From the human T2T-CHM13v2.0 reference genome, Homo sapiens, in NCBI RefSeq assembly GCF_009914755.1, contig NC_060929.1: 64,000 nucleotides of DNA; one strand, given 5' to 3'. This document shows positions 10,521-24,025 of the stretch, in pieces; the first letter of the stretch is position 1, and every line of letters begins with the position of its first letter. A model generated the notes under the pieces. It was given only the letters and a program-made list of their open reading frames with translations, was not told the DNA's origin and did not search any database. A program made the translations under genes and the position numbers.

Positions 10521-13500
10521 TAAACCTAACTTCTGTATTTATATGTCTTATAAAAAAGGTATGTCTGCTAAAACATGATCTTAAATTAGAATGAAATAAA
10601 GTGGAATGGAAGATGGATAAAAACCCAAACCAGCTATATCTTCAACTCCTTTCTGTTCCCTTCCTTCAAAATGTCTCTCTCACTTAGCAAATTCTGTCAC
10701 TATTGTAGCCAACGAATCTTCTATCTTAATCCAGGCCTCAACTCTACAAACCTGGGTTACTGAAACAACTCCTCCCTGATTACCACATCTCTAGTCTCTT
10801 CCCTATCCCAACAATCCTAAAGACGTCCGAAACTCTTCTTCCACAAAGCACCATCTTCCTATACCACTTCCCTGCTAAAACATTAGTACCTAACTCAGCA
10901 TGGAACTGAGGTCCCTCAAGGGTCCAAATGAACTCTACCTTTTCCCAGTTCATTCTAGCGGTCTCACCTAGTCCTCTGTGACTAACACACGTGCACAGCA
11001 CCACCACTCCTAGAAATCCTTTCTTCTGCTTACAGAAAGGCCCTTAGGATGTACCACTGTCATCAATTTCCCTTGAACATTCCAGACCATAATGTTTGTC
11101 TACCTACCATTAGTAGTCTGACTCACTTGATACTTAGACAACAAGAAAAATTTTGTATCCTGTCTCCCAGTAAGGGTCAAAAGGTAGCTAAGGTAGCTAG
11201 ATGATACGACATCTTCTGTGCCCTGCCCCTCCATCCACTAGGCCTAGGATACTGCTATATACAAAGCGTCTCTCAATTTAGTGACCATTAAAGAACATGA
11301 GCTCCCAGAAATTTACTATCTAATTTAACACCGCAGAAGCTGCTGGCAAAACAAAAATTTTTTTAGTTTGGGAGGTGGATTTCTTTAAAATCATCCCTTA
11401 GTAAATCTTTGGTTACCTGGGAACTAGTTTTAACAAGCATCTAGAATGTCCAAGCACTGAGTTTAAGGGGAAAAACACATTAGCTAAAACACACCACCTT
11501 GGAGGAGCCAACAGTTTTACTCAATGGTATCCTGACTGGTTAGTGCAGGACACACGACAGGAATATTAACGGTGACTGATGTTATCTATAAAAGCTAGGC
11601 TTTTTTTTCTTAAAGGTGAGAATGCAGTAGAGAAGCAAAAGGTATCAAAGGAACAAAAGAAGAATGGCAGCAAAAGTTAGAAACTAAGAAGGCAGCAGCA
11701 CAAACAGATGGGTGGGTGAATATTTGATGGAGAAGACAGGGATGAAGGAAATAAAAGTCAGACCAGCCTTGCAACCTGGAGGGAGACAAGGCAGAATAAT
11801 TCTCTGCTTACCAAACCCATGGAACACCAGCAGGCAAGTTCCCTCCCTGGCGTCAGGGCCCCGCAATCTCTCTCCAGGTGGGGACTGGGCCTTTTGACTT
11901 CAACAGACTCTACTGCAGGGAACCAGAGGCCAATGAACTCTTTTTCAATGATACCTTTTTCAATGATACCTTAACTGATAAAGAATGCTTATGTGGCTAA
12001 ATTCCTGTCTCTTGAATTAAGCTACTGCAATGAGGACACATCAAAAAAACACTTCCTTCATATCTCTAGAATAATGTGGGTTTTATCTCCCCCAAGGTGA
12101 CACCAAAACAAATGATTAAATTGTGGTAGCCTTCTAAATCTGATTAATGTTATTCAGACTCTCCCACAAACTGTTTGCCATTATTACACTTGCTAATTAG
12201 GAGCTGTAAGGTCTTTATCTTCCCCAACCTACAGTCACATGCTCAGGATGGAGCTTTGCTAAAAGCAGGACTCCTGGTTAATACTGTTAATGAGTTTAGC
12301 ACTGCCAAAATGTCAATAGTTTTTTATTTGGTCAGAAAGGGCCTAATTTACCTAGTTCAGCTGCCCTTGGTAATGTTCATGGAAATGTCAGAGCAGCAAT
12401 CAGGGGAAACAAATGGCAATAAAGATGATTACTAGAAGGGTGACAGCGAAAACCCCACTGACAGACTGCTTTTATTTTTCTCTCACCACTGCAAGATTTC
12501 ATTCAGAGATAAGGCAACAGAGTACACTGAGTTCAGCACCCAACATAACTGCATATTTTTTCTAAAGTATAATTACATTTCTGCAATTTTGAAACGGACA
12601 TAATACAAGAAGCTTAACTGTAAACTTTCCCAAAGAAGGAAGAGAGAATAAGAAAATGTTTCAGGGAAAGAGGTGGGAAGAGCTGAACTGTTTAACATTA
12701 CTTTCTTTCATTTACAACAGGGTGTAGGATGCTAAAGAAAAGGGTACCTACAGGAGGTAGATCTAGATCTAACTCTTTTACCACTTTTGGACTAGGAAAA
12801 ATGTTTATGACTTATTCGAGACAAAGATTCCTTCTTTAGCATTTTCAACTTAACCTTTCTTAGGTGGTTAGGAATGTAATAGTTCTAAGTCAGTAATGAA
12901 TAATACGGCTGTTCATCTTTAGGTCATCCACGCCAGGGTGTCCAAACATGGGCTATATTCACTAAAGCGTGCAACAGAATGTGGGGGAATGCCCATGTAC
13001 CTGTGCTGACTTCGGTGGCTGGACTAAGCCTTTCACTGATAGAATTCCAAAGTTTACTGGGGCACACATCAAATTCATTCAAGTTTTTAGGAAAAAAGAG
13101 AACCATACAAAATAAAGAAAAATAAAGCACTCAGCCTAGTCCCCAAGGGCTAACGTCCTTTAGAATAAAAAACCTAGGTACCCAAGATAACAATGTGTCG
13201 TCCCCTTTGCACCCACTGCATTCCCTACCTAACTCCCTGTATCCCACACAATGGGACACAGAAATGCTTCATGTTTTCTGATGTGAGGCCCATTTAACTT
13301 TTTTAGCATACTAGATGAAGCAAAGAATAAGATAACTTTTCCACTTAGAAAGTTGAGAAACAAAAATTCCAATGCCAAATTCCATGTGACCTGAGCTATA
13401 TCCCTAACTTCCATGCATGTTACCTTCCAGGTAATTCATAGATCCGTGCTTTTTAAATCAAAGGGCCCACACACTACCAACACTGGTGCTAAGAAAAGCC

Positions 13501-14237
13501 TTTGACAGAAAGATAACTGCTTCACTTTACCTCTTAAATTGCCCTGCAAAAAATATATATATATACAAACAAAAAGCTGACATAATTCAATCTCTCCTTG
13601 GGGAAATTTAACATTTTGCTAAGACAAGGATAAAAATATTTGCTTCATTTTTCTATCAATTTACCTAGATTAAGCATTTAACCACGCCATTGATTACAGC
13701 TGTATCACTCAAAATGGGACCCTTAGTGAGCAAGTATGTTCATGTTAAGACAATAGCAGGAAATATACTTATCTAAGAGGCCTTTGTTTACATTTCTAAG
13801 CACAGAATTGCAAGGATATAATGCAGCTGACTCAGCTGCCTGTGGATTCCTATGCGCTTAAGAAATGTCTTGCTTTTCCTTGACTCAGTTTCCCATCATT
13901 AACAATGGCACAGTCATCTCTTCTACCACCTACCTAGAACACTAGATTCACAAATGGTTGGGTAAGGATTAAGCATTGTGTACACAGTGAGGATCCCTTG
14001 GCTCAAGTCTGGAACCAGAAAACAGATGAAACCCATAGACAAGAGGCCTACTTATAATGAAGAAAAAGAAGAAGGTTCCTTATGATCAGTCATCCTTACT
14101 TTAGTAAAGAATTTCCTAGTGTGAAATTTCAAAGAAAACCTGATATCAAGATCTGAAATAAAGGGAGTAACCATCCAGGATTGCCAGGACTAGCATAGTT
14201 TTTGCACTGAAATTCCTGGGCAAACAGAAATAGTTGG

Positions 14238-14607
14238 TGCTATGGTTTGAATGTGTTCCCCACATTGGGAATGTGTCCTGGGGAAAACTTAATCCCCAGC
14301 ACAATAGTGTTAAGAGGTGGAAAGTTTTAAGAGGTAATTAGGCCATAAGGGCTCTGCCCTTACAAATGGATTAATGACATTTATCAGGGGAGTAGGTTCC
14401 TCAGAAAAGGATGAGTCTGTCCCCCATTCCCCTCTTGCCATGTGATGCTGTCCATGATGTTATGAAGCAGCAAGAAGGCCCCTGACAGATGACAGTCCCT
14501 CAATCTTGAACATCTCAACTTCTACAACAATGAGCCAAATAAATTCCTATTAATAAATTACTCAGTCTGTGGCATTCTGCTCTAGGAGCACAAAATGAAC
14601 TGAGACA
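14238..14607 (+). mobile_element. MaLR solo LTR (MSTB/MSTC-like) inserted in a small hAT MITE (MER81/MER94-like, ~14162-14620)
   Basis: tgctatggtttgaatgtg...cttaatcccca...aataaattcc...gcacaaaatgaactgagaca (TG...CA ends); 5-bp flanks gttgg / gttga. Confidence 0.85.
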
Positions 14608-16994
14608 GTTGACCATCCTTAACAGAGACTCAAACAAGTAAGAATATTTGCATAATCAAAGATAACTGATTAACTTAAATATAGTTACTTTAAACTCAAT
14701 TCTCTGCATTAAAAATTGGAGATTGTTTAGCTTTAGCTTGTTTATATATTATCTTTTTCTGGATTTTGCTTGCACCAAAAGGGAAATGGGTAAGGTTTAA
14801 TTATCTGAGGTTTTGCCACTTACTGTGGGAGTCCAGGCAAGTTATTTAACTTCTCTGTCTCAAGTTCCTCATCATGTCAGGCACACAGGAAGCACTCAAC
14901 TATGAGCCACAATTATTATCTCTAATATTGTAAGTCTAGTGGAATGGCCGTATTTGTTCTGCTGGTGATTTTCAAATACCACTCATCTGAATAAATACTA
15001 TGAATTTTTTCTTTTAATCTCAGAGGAGCCTGCAAGTATAATCAGGTTGATAGGCTCTCCTTTAATTCTTCTCTCTTTCCCTGACAGATCTAAATAAAAA
15101 AATAAGCAATTTAATTTCCTTCTTCAATTTAAAATTGGGCTCTACTGTGCTCATTTTAGCATAACCAAGTGATAGAAAATTCTTTTAATGATAAAATATC
15201 ATTATTTCTTTCTCAGTAATTTCTAATTATCAGGATACACTTGTCCATGTTAGGATATGTTTCCGCTTCCAACAGCTAACCTAGAAACAGGAATAAGCTC
15301 ATCAGAATTCTAGCAACACCAGTAACAAAACATAATTAGGTTCTTGGAATTTATGAGCCCATTCTTTCAACAAAATACAGTAATTATTCTTTTAAAAATG
15401 AATATGATAATGCTTGGATTGCAAGGAAACGAATTATGGGACATTACTCTGCTATCGTATCTGGCAAGGTTCCCTTTACTTTGCTGTCCTTCAGTCATTT
15501 AAATTTTCAATGGCAAGCAAATATAACCACTGATTATCACGTGGGTAGGCAGCACAGAATCACAAAAACGTAATAATGTTGACTAAATAGCTGCTGTTTC
15601 TTGGGGCTGCCAGCAACCAGAGATTGTAGAAATGGGACAAGAAAGAGTTTAAAGAAGTTACTGTTACTTATTACTATTTCACTATTGTGAAAACATTAAT
15701 GAACTAAGGAGAGAGAACTATTAGTTCAATAATACTAGAAAGAAAAATAAAAGAATATCTTAATCTGTATTTATCAGAACAGTACTGAGGGGCTGAAGGT
15801 GACAATGAACAAACTTTTGGAATAGAAAGACAAAAGCAAAGTTTCCTCCAAAGCAGAAAATTCATTCATTACCAGTTACAGAAGGAATGCCATGAGTATG
15901 TGTCCTTTCCCTTTTCTAACAAAATATTCTAAAGGGGGTCAGAGGTTTCCCACTTGCTCAGGGTTTTCTAAGAACTGCCCCCAGGGAATGTACTGTGGAT
16001 CAGCAATGAGATCTTAGGAAAGTTGATATAAAGCTGGAAATCAGGGATTGTATACTTCATTCTGAGTTATGCCTACAACATTGCAGGGTCTTTCTCACTT
16101 GGGTCTTTGACTTTTTTGGTATTGGGTTAAGTATGACACAGAAATCTAATAGGACATAAAGTAGCAGACACTCCCAGCCACTGAACATACATACAAACTT
16201 GTAGGGGAAGCAAAACATGAGAAACAGGATCAGGCCACATTTTAAAGAATTTAGATGTGTGTGTGTAGAGACTAAATGCAATACAACTGTTAGGAAAGAG
16301 GGGTTAAAGTAGGTATGGGGTGGTGCCAAGGAGAATCAGCTGTACTAAATAAGGGTATTTTCCTGATTAATTGTATTAAGCAAATGAATGCAATTAACAC
16401 TAGGCAAATGGTCACAATAATAAAGATCAGGAATCTTCTCATCCATATTAGACGGGATGAGAAAAAAAAAACAGTGAGCAATATCAAGCCTGGATAGGTT
16501 AAAAAGCATTATGCTCTGTTCCTGTCTCCTTCCTTCATCTCCCAAGTCTGCCCACTATGTTACACCCCTAATTGCACTCCTAATTATGGGCTCCTCTCAG
16601 GATATTATGTGTATGACTGACATTCAGGGAAAGAGAGGGCTTCGCCTCTGCACAGAAAAACGCTGGCTTCTCCAGCACATACAAACAGGTAAACATTGTA
16701 TACCCAACATGTGTATGAAGCAGGATAGGGGACCTCCAGAAGCTCATCAAGAGTGCCACACAGGGGATTTACTTCAGTCACGCCATCAGACAGTACCACT
16801 TCCTGTGATAGCTTCAATGCTTGTAACAATGTGTGGTAGCAATTACAGTGGAGCATAAATCAGATCTGGGTGTTAGAAACTTCTTGGTCCCTTCTTCTAA
16901 ATGATGTGTTTTAGCAAACCAACTTCCCCCTAGGAAAGGGGGAAACCAATAGGGAAGCATTTGTACTAAGGTGAGATCATTTAATTTTGACTAA

Positions 16995-17302
<308 letters not shown>

Positions 17303-18237
17303 TAAAGATATTTTGAAGGTTAACAGAATTGAGGCCAGACTAGCATTTTGGAAGCTATTTCCCATCATTCAAAGGGACAAGTTTCTATTACAATCCTTTG
17401 GTGGGTCTAATACTGGGTGGGCTATGGAATCACTAAGTATAAATGTTTTCATCATCCAAGTTCCCACAATCAACTCTTTCTATTTTCATAAATACTCATT
17501 TCTGAATGAATGTTATACCTTATGCTTGAGAAAATGTTTGCACTGAATGACATTTCTGGCTAGGAAGCCAGGCTCTGACACCTCCTGCACCATGCCTAGA
17601 TTCCCAGCTTGGCTTTCAGCATGCCAGTGAAGTGGGGGCAGAGAAAAACAAGGCCAGCTTGCAAATGCTTCACTCACACAGCTTGTGGCCTTCCCTTTAC
17701 TTCCTGAAAGCCACAAAAACCTAAGACCATCCTAGCAACCAAAGCCTCCAGCCAGTCCATCGCGCGGGTGGGCCACTGGATTAATGAGCTCCTTAAAGGA
17801 AAAAACAAAAACACCCTGAAGCTACAAGCAGCCCCTCCTCCATTGTGCTACAAAAATAGTAACTCTGACTCTAAGAGCTAAATTGATTATATGACACAGT
17901 TTGCCAAACCAGTAGGTAAAATGTTGCTCTAGATTAGCATTTTGGTCAGATACAGTTTAAACAAAAATTAAACTTTTAACAGTACACTTGTAGTTAGCAA
18001 CACAGTTCAATTTAGGAACTTCTCAGTAATAATTTTGTCATTATTTATAGGAAGTCACCATTAAAATACAGAAACACTAGCAATGCGTAATTGTAGCAAT
18101 TTTGGGCCAGAAAATAAAATTCAGCTACCTCTGTGATTAAAAAGGACTCCACTAGGCCCCAGGGATTAAGCTTCCTACATTAGATTGGTTCACAGACTTT
18201 GCAAAACAGATTAATACTAGGCTCATGCAGAGACAGG

Positions 18238-18527
18238 TATAGCCCGCCCTCCATTTCCATGGATTCTACCAACCATAGATCAAAAATTTCAGGAAAAATA
18301 AGAATACAAATAAAGAAACAAGACAGTATAACAACTATTTACATAGCATTCACACTGTATTAGCTATTATAAGTAACTAGAGATGATTTAAAGTATACAG
18401 GAGGATGCGCATAGCTTATATGCAAATACTACACCCTTTTATATATATAAAGGACTTTAACATCTACAGATTTTGGTGTAGCGGGAGGTCCTGGAACCAA
18501 TTCCCCTTGAACACCAAGGGAGGCTGT
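18238..18527 (-). mobile_element. MER2 (Tigger-derived)
   Basis: cagtataacaactatttacatagcatt...gagatgatttaaagtatacaggaggatg...gtcctggaaccaattcccc. Confidence 0.8.
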
Positions 18528-19273
18528 ATATGTAAAAGAGTCATAGGTTATTAAATGTTCAAGTGAAATTCCCTTTTTACAAAACATTCTAAAATTGGTT
18601 TCACTTGTTTTTTTTTTTTTTTTTTTTTTTTAAGCAGGCCAACCCCAACTCCCATCCCATACCCATGGATGGGCTGTCAAAGGCCACAGGTGGCAAGAAT
18701 CTCAAGGCCACAGTGGCCACATTGATTCTGGCCCCAAAGGGTAACCAGTGTGGGAACAGCACAGCAGCCCATGCTGGCTCCCCAAGCTGCTGCCTTCCTC
18801 CTTGCCCCACACGCCTCCCCTGACTCCCTCCAGACACCCTGGCAGCACTCCTTCACCATTGTAAAGGCATTCTTAAATAAGCAACAGGCTGGAGACTGAG
18901 TACGCAGGCCTGGGTAGAACAACAGATGGTTCTAATTTATTATAGCTATGTGTTTGGTTTTTTTAAACTGAACTTTATAGTCTTTGGATTATTTTACAAA
19001 GACCACCCTGGGGCATCAAGGTACCCTTGTTTTTTCTTCTTTAACGTCAGACACCAATTCTGCACAATACACTGCTCAGTTTCTTCATTTACACTATTTT
19101 CCCTCTCTCCTCCCCCACTTTCCTTCCTTTGATCTGCCCTAAAGATATTAGAAAACACAAAGTTATGTAGGTGTGCTTATAACGAACACAGATTGAAAAC
19201 CTACATACTTACTCAGTCGTTAACTGTATATTATGATATATAAGATGGACTATCAGAGTTATTAAAAATCAAG

Positions 19274-19580
19274 TTGTTTGTTTTTTGAGACAGGGTCTGG
19301 CTCTGTTGCCCAGGCTGGAGTACAGTGGTACAATCTCGGCTCACTGGGGCCTCGACTTTCCAGGCTCAAGTGATCCTCCCACTTCAGCTTCCCGAGTGGC
19401 TGGGCCTATGTGTACTCGTCACCACACCCAACTAATTTTTCTTCTTATTTTTTTTTTTTTTTTGTAGAGATGGTCTCACGGTGTTACCGAGGCTGGTCTA
19501 CACTCCTAGGCTCAAGTGATTCCCCCCACCTCAGGCTTCCAAATTGCTGGAATTACAGGTGTGAGCCATTGCACCTGGCC
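19274..19580 (-). mobile_element. AluJ
   Basis: Antisense dimer with J-type ggctcaagtgatcctcccac; TSD aatcaagtt. Confidence 0.92.
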
Positions 19581-19702
19581 AAAAGGAATCAAGTTTTTAA
19601 AAAGAAGCTATATCAAGGAAAACTTGAAAAAAATGCAGAATATGATTCTTTAAAACTCAAGTATGATCCCTTTAAAGAAATCTTTATAACTAAAGACATA
19701 CC

Positions 19703-20069
<367 letters not shown>

Positions 20070-20499
20070 TCATTTATTTCCCAAGTTTTGTATGAATATG
20101 CACTATTTTTATGATCATGCCTGCATACTCCTTACTCTTTATCCTGCCCTTTCTGTAAGGAGTCCAAGGTGGAAATGCTCATGTGATGTGAACTAATTAA
20201 ATTTTTCTTAAAAACAATTTTAAAAACCATGACTTAAAAAGCACGGTCTGCTTTAGTTATAATGGCAGATTCTGAACTATACACACATGTATTATATATA
20301 CATAAAATGCTAGAAGACAGACTATGGTCCTTTCATCTGCATTTGAGTACAAACAGTACCAAATGGTTACTTCATACCACTCTTTATTTATGTGGTATAT
20401 GGGATATTGGCATCTACTGTGGAGAGACTGGAATAAACTATATGTCTACATCACCCATCAGCCATCTGCATTGTGAGTGAACAGCCATGAAGACCAAAG

Positions 20500-21450
20500 A
20501 TGCCCAAATCCTGACCTGTCTCTGAGCCTTATTATCCAACAGTCTACTGCACATTTCCACTTAGATGACCAGCAGGCATCTCAAACTCAGAATGCCCAAA
20601 TCTAGACTCATCATTCCTCACGAACTGGATTTTACTAGGAGATCTCCAGTCTCACCTATCAGCAGAATCCCCTCAGAAACCTGGGCATTATTCCCAATGC
20701 CTGTCCTTCCCTGCAACCTACCAAGCCATCTTCCAGCTCCAACAGCCATGACAACATGGTCTGAGAAAGGAGTAGCATTATGCAAACAGCAGGACTTCAG
20801 GAATCAAACCCTAATTGAAACCTGGCCCTGCCATCTACCAGACCTGTGACCTTGGACAAGATCCTTAACCTGTCTGAGCTTCTATTCTCTCACATCAAAT
20901 GCCCCTAAAGACAGGATCTGTCTCATGGGACCATGGCATACTTTAAATGAAGGCCATTCACTAGAAAGTGAATGCTGAGGGTCAGGCACTATTAGGCACT
21001 ATGCAGGTACTAGGGTCAATGGTGAATAACAGCCCTTGTGGTACGAAATACCAAGTCCTCAGGCCTTTACAGTGTATTAACTGCTACAATGCGAACTACC
21101 CAATGCAACGGGGAACACAGGAGAGGAGATGGAACCTAGACCGGGGGTGGCAACATCAGAAACAGTTTTCCAAGGTAACTAACATTTAAACTAAGTCCTA
21201 TATGATGAGCAGGAGGTAGACAAGCAAAGTTTAAGGATGTGGATAGTATACCAGTGGAGGAATAGCAAATGTGAAGTTGTGAAGTCCAGAGACAACCAGG
21301 CACCTTGAAGGTGCTGAAATCAGCGGTGTTGGCTGGAGGATAGAATGTGAGCGACGTGGCTGGAGATATAGGTGGAGTGATCAACAGGGTATATGGGGCT
21401 GGGTACCTCGAAATGAAGGGTTTCTAGGCAGGGAAATGACCAAACAAATG
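20500..21450. mobile_element. L2 and MIR fragments
   Basis: atttccacttagatgaccagcaggcatctcaaactcagaatgcccaaa (L2); ctgtgaccttggacaag..cttaacctgtctgagc (MIR); antisense L2 at 20970-21450. Confidence 0.6.
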
Positions 21451-23912
21451 CTTTCAAAGTGCTTAGCACAGCTGAATGCTCTTCTTGAAACCTTTAATAA
21501 CTGCCTTCATTCTCACCACCATATAGTCTGGTTTATGCTGTCCAGAAATTTACAAATCAAGTGTCTCTTTTTGCAAGCTGGCCTTTTCCAAATATTAACA
21601 TGTTAGAGTATTTTTAAAAAGCAATTTTAAAATTTTTCTATGTCGTTGGTATATTAAAGGCAAGAATATAAAGGGAAAAGCCCATGAGTCTTTAGCTGGG
21701 GTTTTTGATAGTCAGATGTGCAATGAAAAGGTTAACTTCTTTTCTGAGTCATAAACCTCAGAACTCTCCACACAACTGATCTCAGTAACTTCCCAATTCC
21801 AATTGCTGTGTTAAGTAGCACTTATAAGACACTACATCAGCCTCATCATTTCACGACATGGTGTGCTCCAGTTTCCCACCCAACCCACATAAGCACCAAT
21901 GTTCAATGCTCAGAGTCACCCGAAGCATTGCAGGCTGATTGCTTTGATGAAAACTTAATTCTACCACTGAGGAATATTACAGTGTCATATTGTGAATGAA
22001 ATTCACCCAGTAACCCAGACCTCATTGGAATACCTTATTAACTCTATATAGTAATCTATGAACACTGACATTAAAAAAAAATTAGTAAAATGAATTTAAA
22101 ACTCTTTCATTTCTACTGGATTAAGAATCATTCACCCCAGAAAAGCAATTAACATATTTGTCTCTTGCAAATGAATATCGGAGCTTAACTGCATGGACTT
22201 CGTATCTTTGTAAGAAAGGATGTCTTTTTGCATGTAGAACACAATTATAGATAAAATTATCCCCCAAGCCCCATCTTCTAATACTATTCATTTTTAATTT
22301 GGAAAGAAACCTTGATAAGTCCAGATGCATTACGTTACCATTCTCACAAGCTCTTACGAATTTTTAGAATAATCAGAGTATCAATGGACAATATACATTT
22401 AACAATACTAATTTGTAACAGGATGCTTTGAATATCAGAATTATTACTGTGCATCACTAAACAGTTTTGTTGTATTAAAGGCAATATGTTTTAAAAAGTA
22501 TAGATGTAGCTTTTGAAATGCATAAAGGGAATACTTGCAAAATGAAATTGAAGTAATTCTGTACCATACTGCTTCACTAGAAGTATTTCAACAAAATAAT
22601 ATGGTATTGCCATTCTTCACATTTATCATTTCTTAACACAATCTGCAACAATTCCAGCTCCTGGAGCTACTCCCATCATCCCAGGACTACAACTTGCTTC
22701 CATTCGGCCTCCACACTGATCTCTTCTCTTCCTGAGAGAGGACACCCAGAGCCAAGTTCAGATACTCTCATGTAATCTGGCTGGAAACAAAGCTCTCCAA
22801 CCCCAGTTGTACTGGGTGGGCCCCTGGGGCTCAGTGTTTGCCTTCAGAAGTAGATAGAGGCGAGCTGTAGCCCAGATCCTTTTTCATGGAAAGGGAACCT
22901 GGGGGTGGTGGGTTCCAGGGGCTCACACCGCTGGTTGATATAAAAGTAGTTGCCCTATGTGTAACTTTTCTATCTATCTCCTAGTATTATTTTACTTATT
23001 TTCATTATTCTTTATTATCATGTATTCTGTCAAGCACACTGCAACAATGTAGGGTATGTTCTGATACGAAAGCATTTCTCCAGCCACCAGCCACTCTCAC
23101 CAGCAAAGGTGCTGAGACAGAGACATAGGTGAACACACTGTATTATAGAATTCTAAGTCGTAAGTCAGAGGGGTGAGGAGTGTTGCCAGACTTCATGGGG
23201 TACTTGGCACTCACCAGGAGTTGAGAAAGGCCTTCCAGAGAAGGTGACATGTTGAGTCTAGAAGATGAGTTGGTGTCACCAGATGGAGAAACGTCATCAC
23301 AGGAAGAAGGGGCAGTATGAGCTTTGTTTTGAGAGGGCAGGAGGGAGGAGGAGGAAGAATACTGACTACAAGAAGATTTTGTATTGCACAAGACCTGTGA
23401 TTCTCCTTTTACCTGTTGGATATTCAGACCAACCTAGGTTGGAGGCAACAGCTTAGAGGTGGCAGTCAAAGCCATGGGAATGGAAACCACCACCATAAGA
23501 GAGTCCATGGAGATGACCCAGCCATGGAAGTCCAAGGGGTCCAAAGCTCCACAACCAAGTGGGAGGTGGAAGAGCCTAGGGCTTAGGTTTAGGGCTTCTT
23601 CAGTTCCCTTCCCATTGCCCTCATGGTATATGCTGGTCAGCAAATGACCAAACTGCTTAACAACTTCAAAACACTGGCAGGAATATTCTACCACTTCCTC
23701 CTTTTGACCATTAGCCAAAACCTCAATAAAGTATCAGAGGCTTTAAAAAACTTCTTGCAAATAAAAAAGGTAGCTATAAATGAAACACGTGGCCTTCGTT
23801 GCTATGGGGGATATTCCAAATCCTCTCAAACCTCCAGCCATCATTGCTGCTTCAAAGCAATGCTCTCACCAGTGCTTCTGTAACCTTCTTCCAGTTAACC
23901 AATTGCAACTCG

Positions 23913-24025
23913 TACAGTAATTCACAAAGTGTGCATCACTGATAAAACTTCTACAGTAATTCACAAAGTGTGCATCACTGATAAAATCTTTACAGTAATT
24001 CACAAAGTGTGCATCACTGATAAAA
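23913..24025 (+). repeat. 39-bp minisatellite, ~2.9 copies
   Basis: Unit tacagtaattcacaaagtgtgcatcactgataaaa(cttc/tctt) starting at 23913, 23952 and 23991. Confidence 0.95.

Noticed and set aside
11940-11972. Duplicated ttttttcaatgatacc
   Set aside because: Simple two-copy slippage duplication with no evident function
16437-16463. Inverted repeat ttctcatcc...ggatgagaa as a possible miRNA or terminator hairpin
   Set aside because: Only a 9-bp stem, too short for a pre-miRNA and expected by chance
17759-17770. Small CpG clusters (atcgcgcggg here; gtcggcc...cccggcccgac near 25680-25710)
   Set aside because: Too short to be CpG islands and no clear motif
18608-18925. T24 run followed by a GC-richer segment, suggesting a processed retrocopy on the minus strand
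   Set aside because: No AATAAA near the tail, no TSD that I could find, and no recognisable parent gene; a BLAT search would settle it
23913-24025. Regular 37-39 bp repeats (also 38086-38200) superficially like CRISPR arrays
   Set aside because: Head-to-tail repeats with no unique spacers, no cas genes, and a primate genomic context
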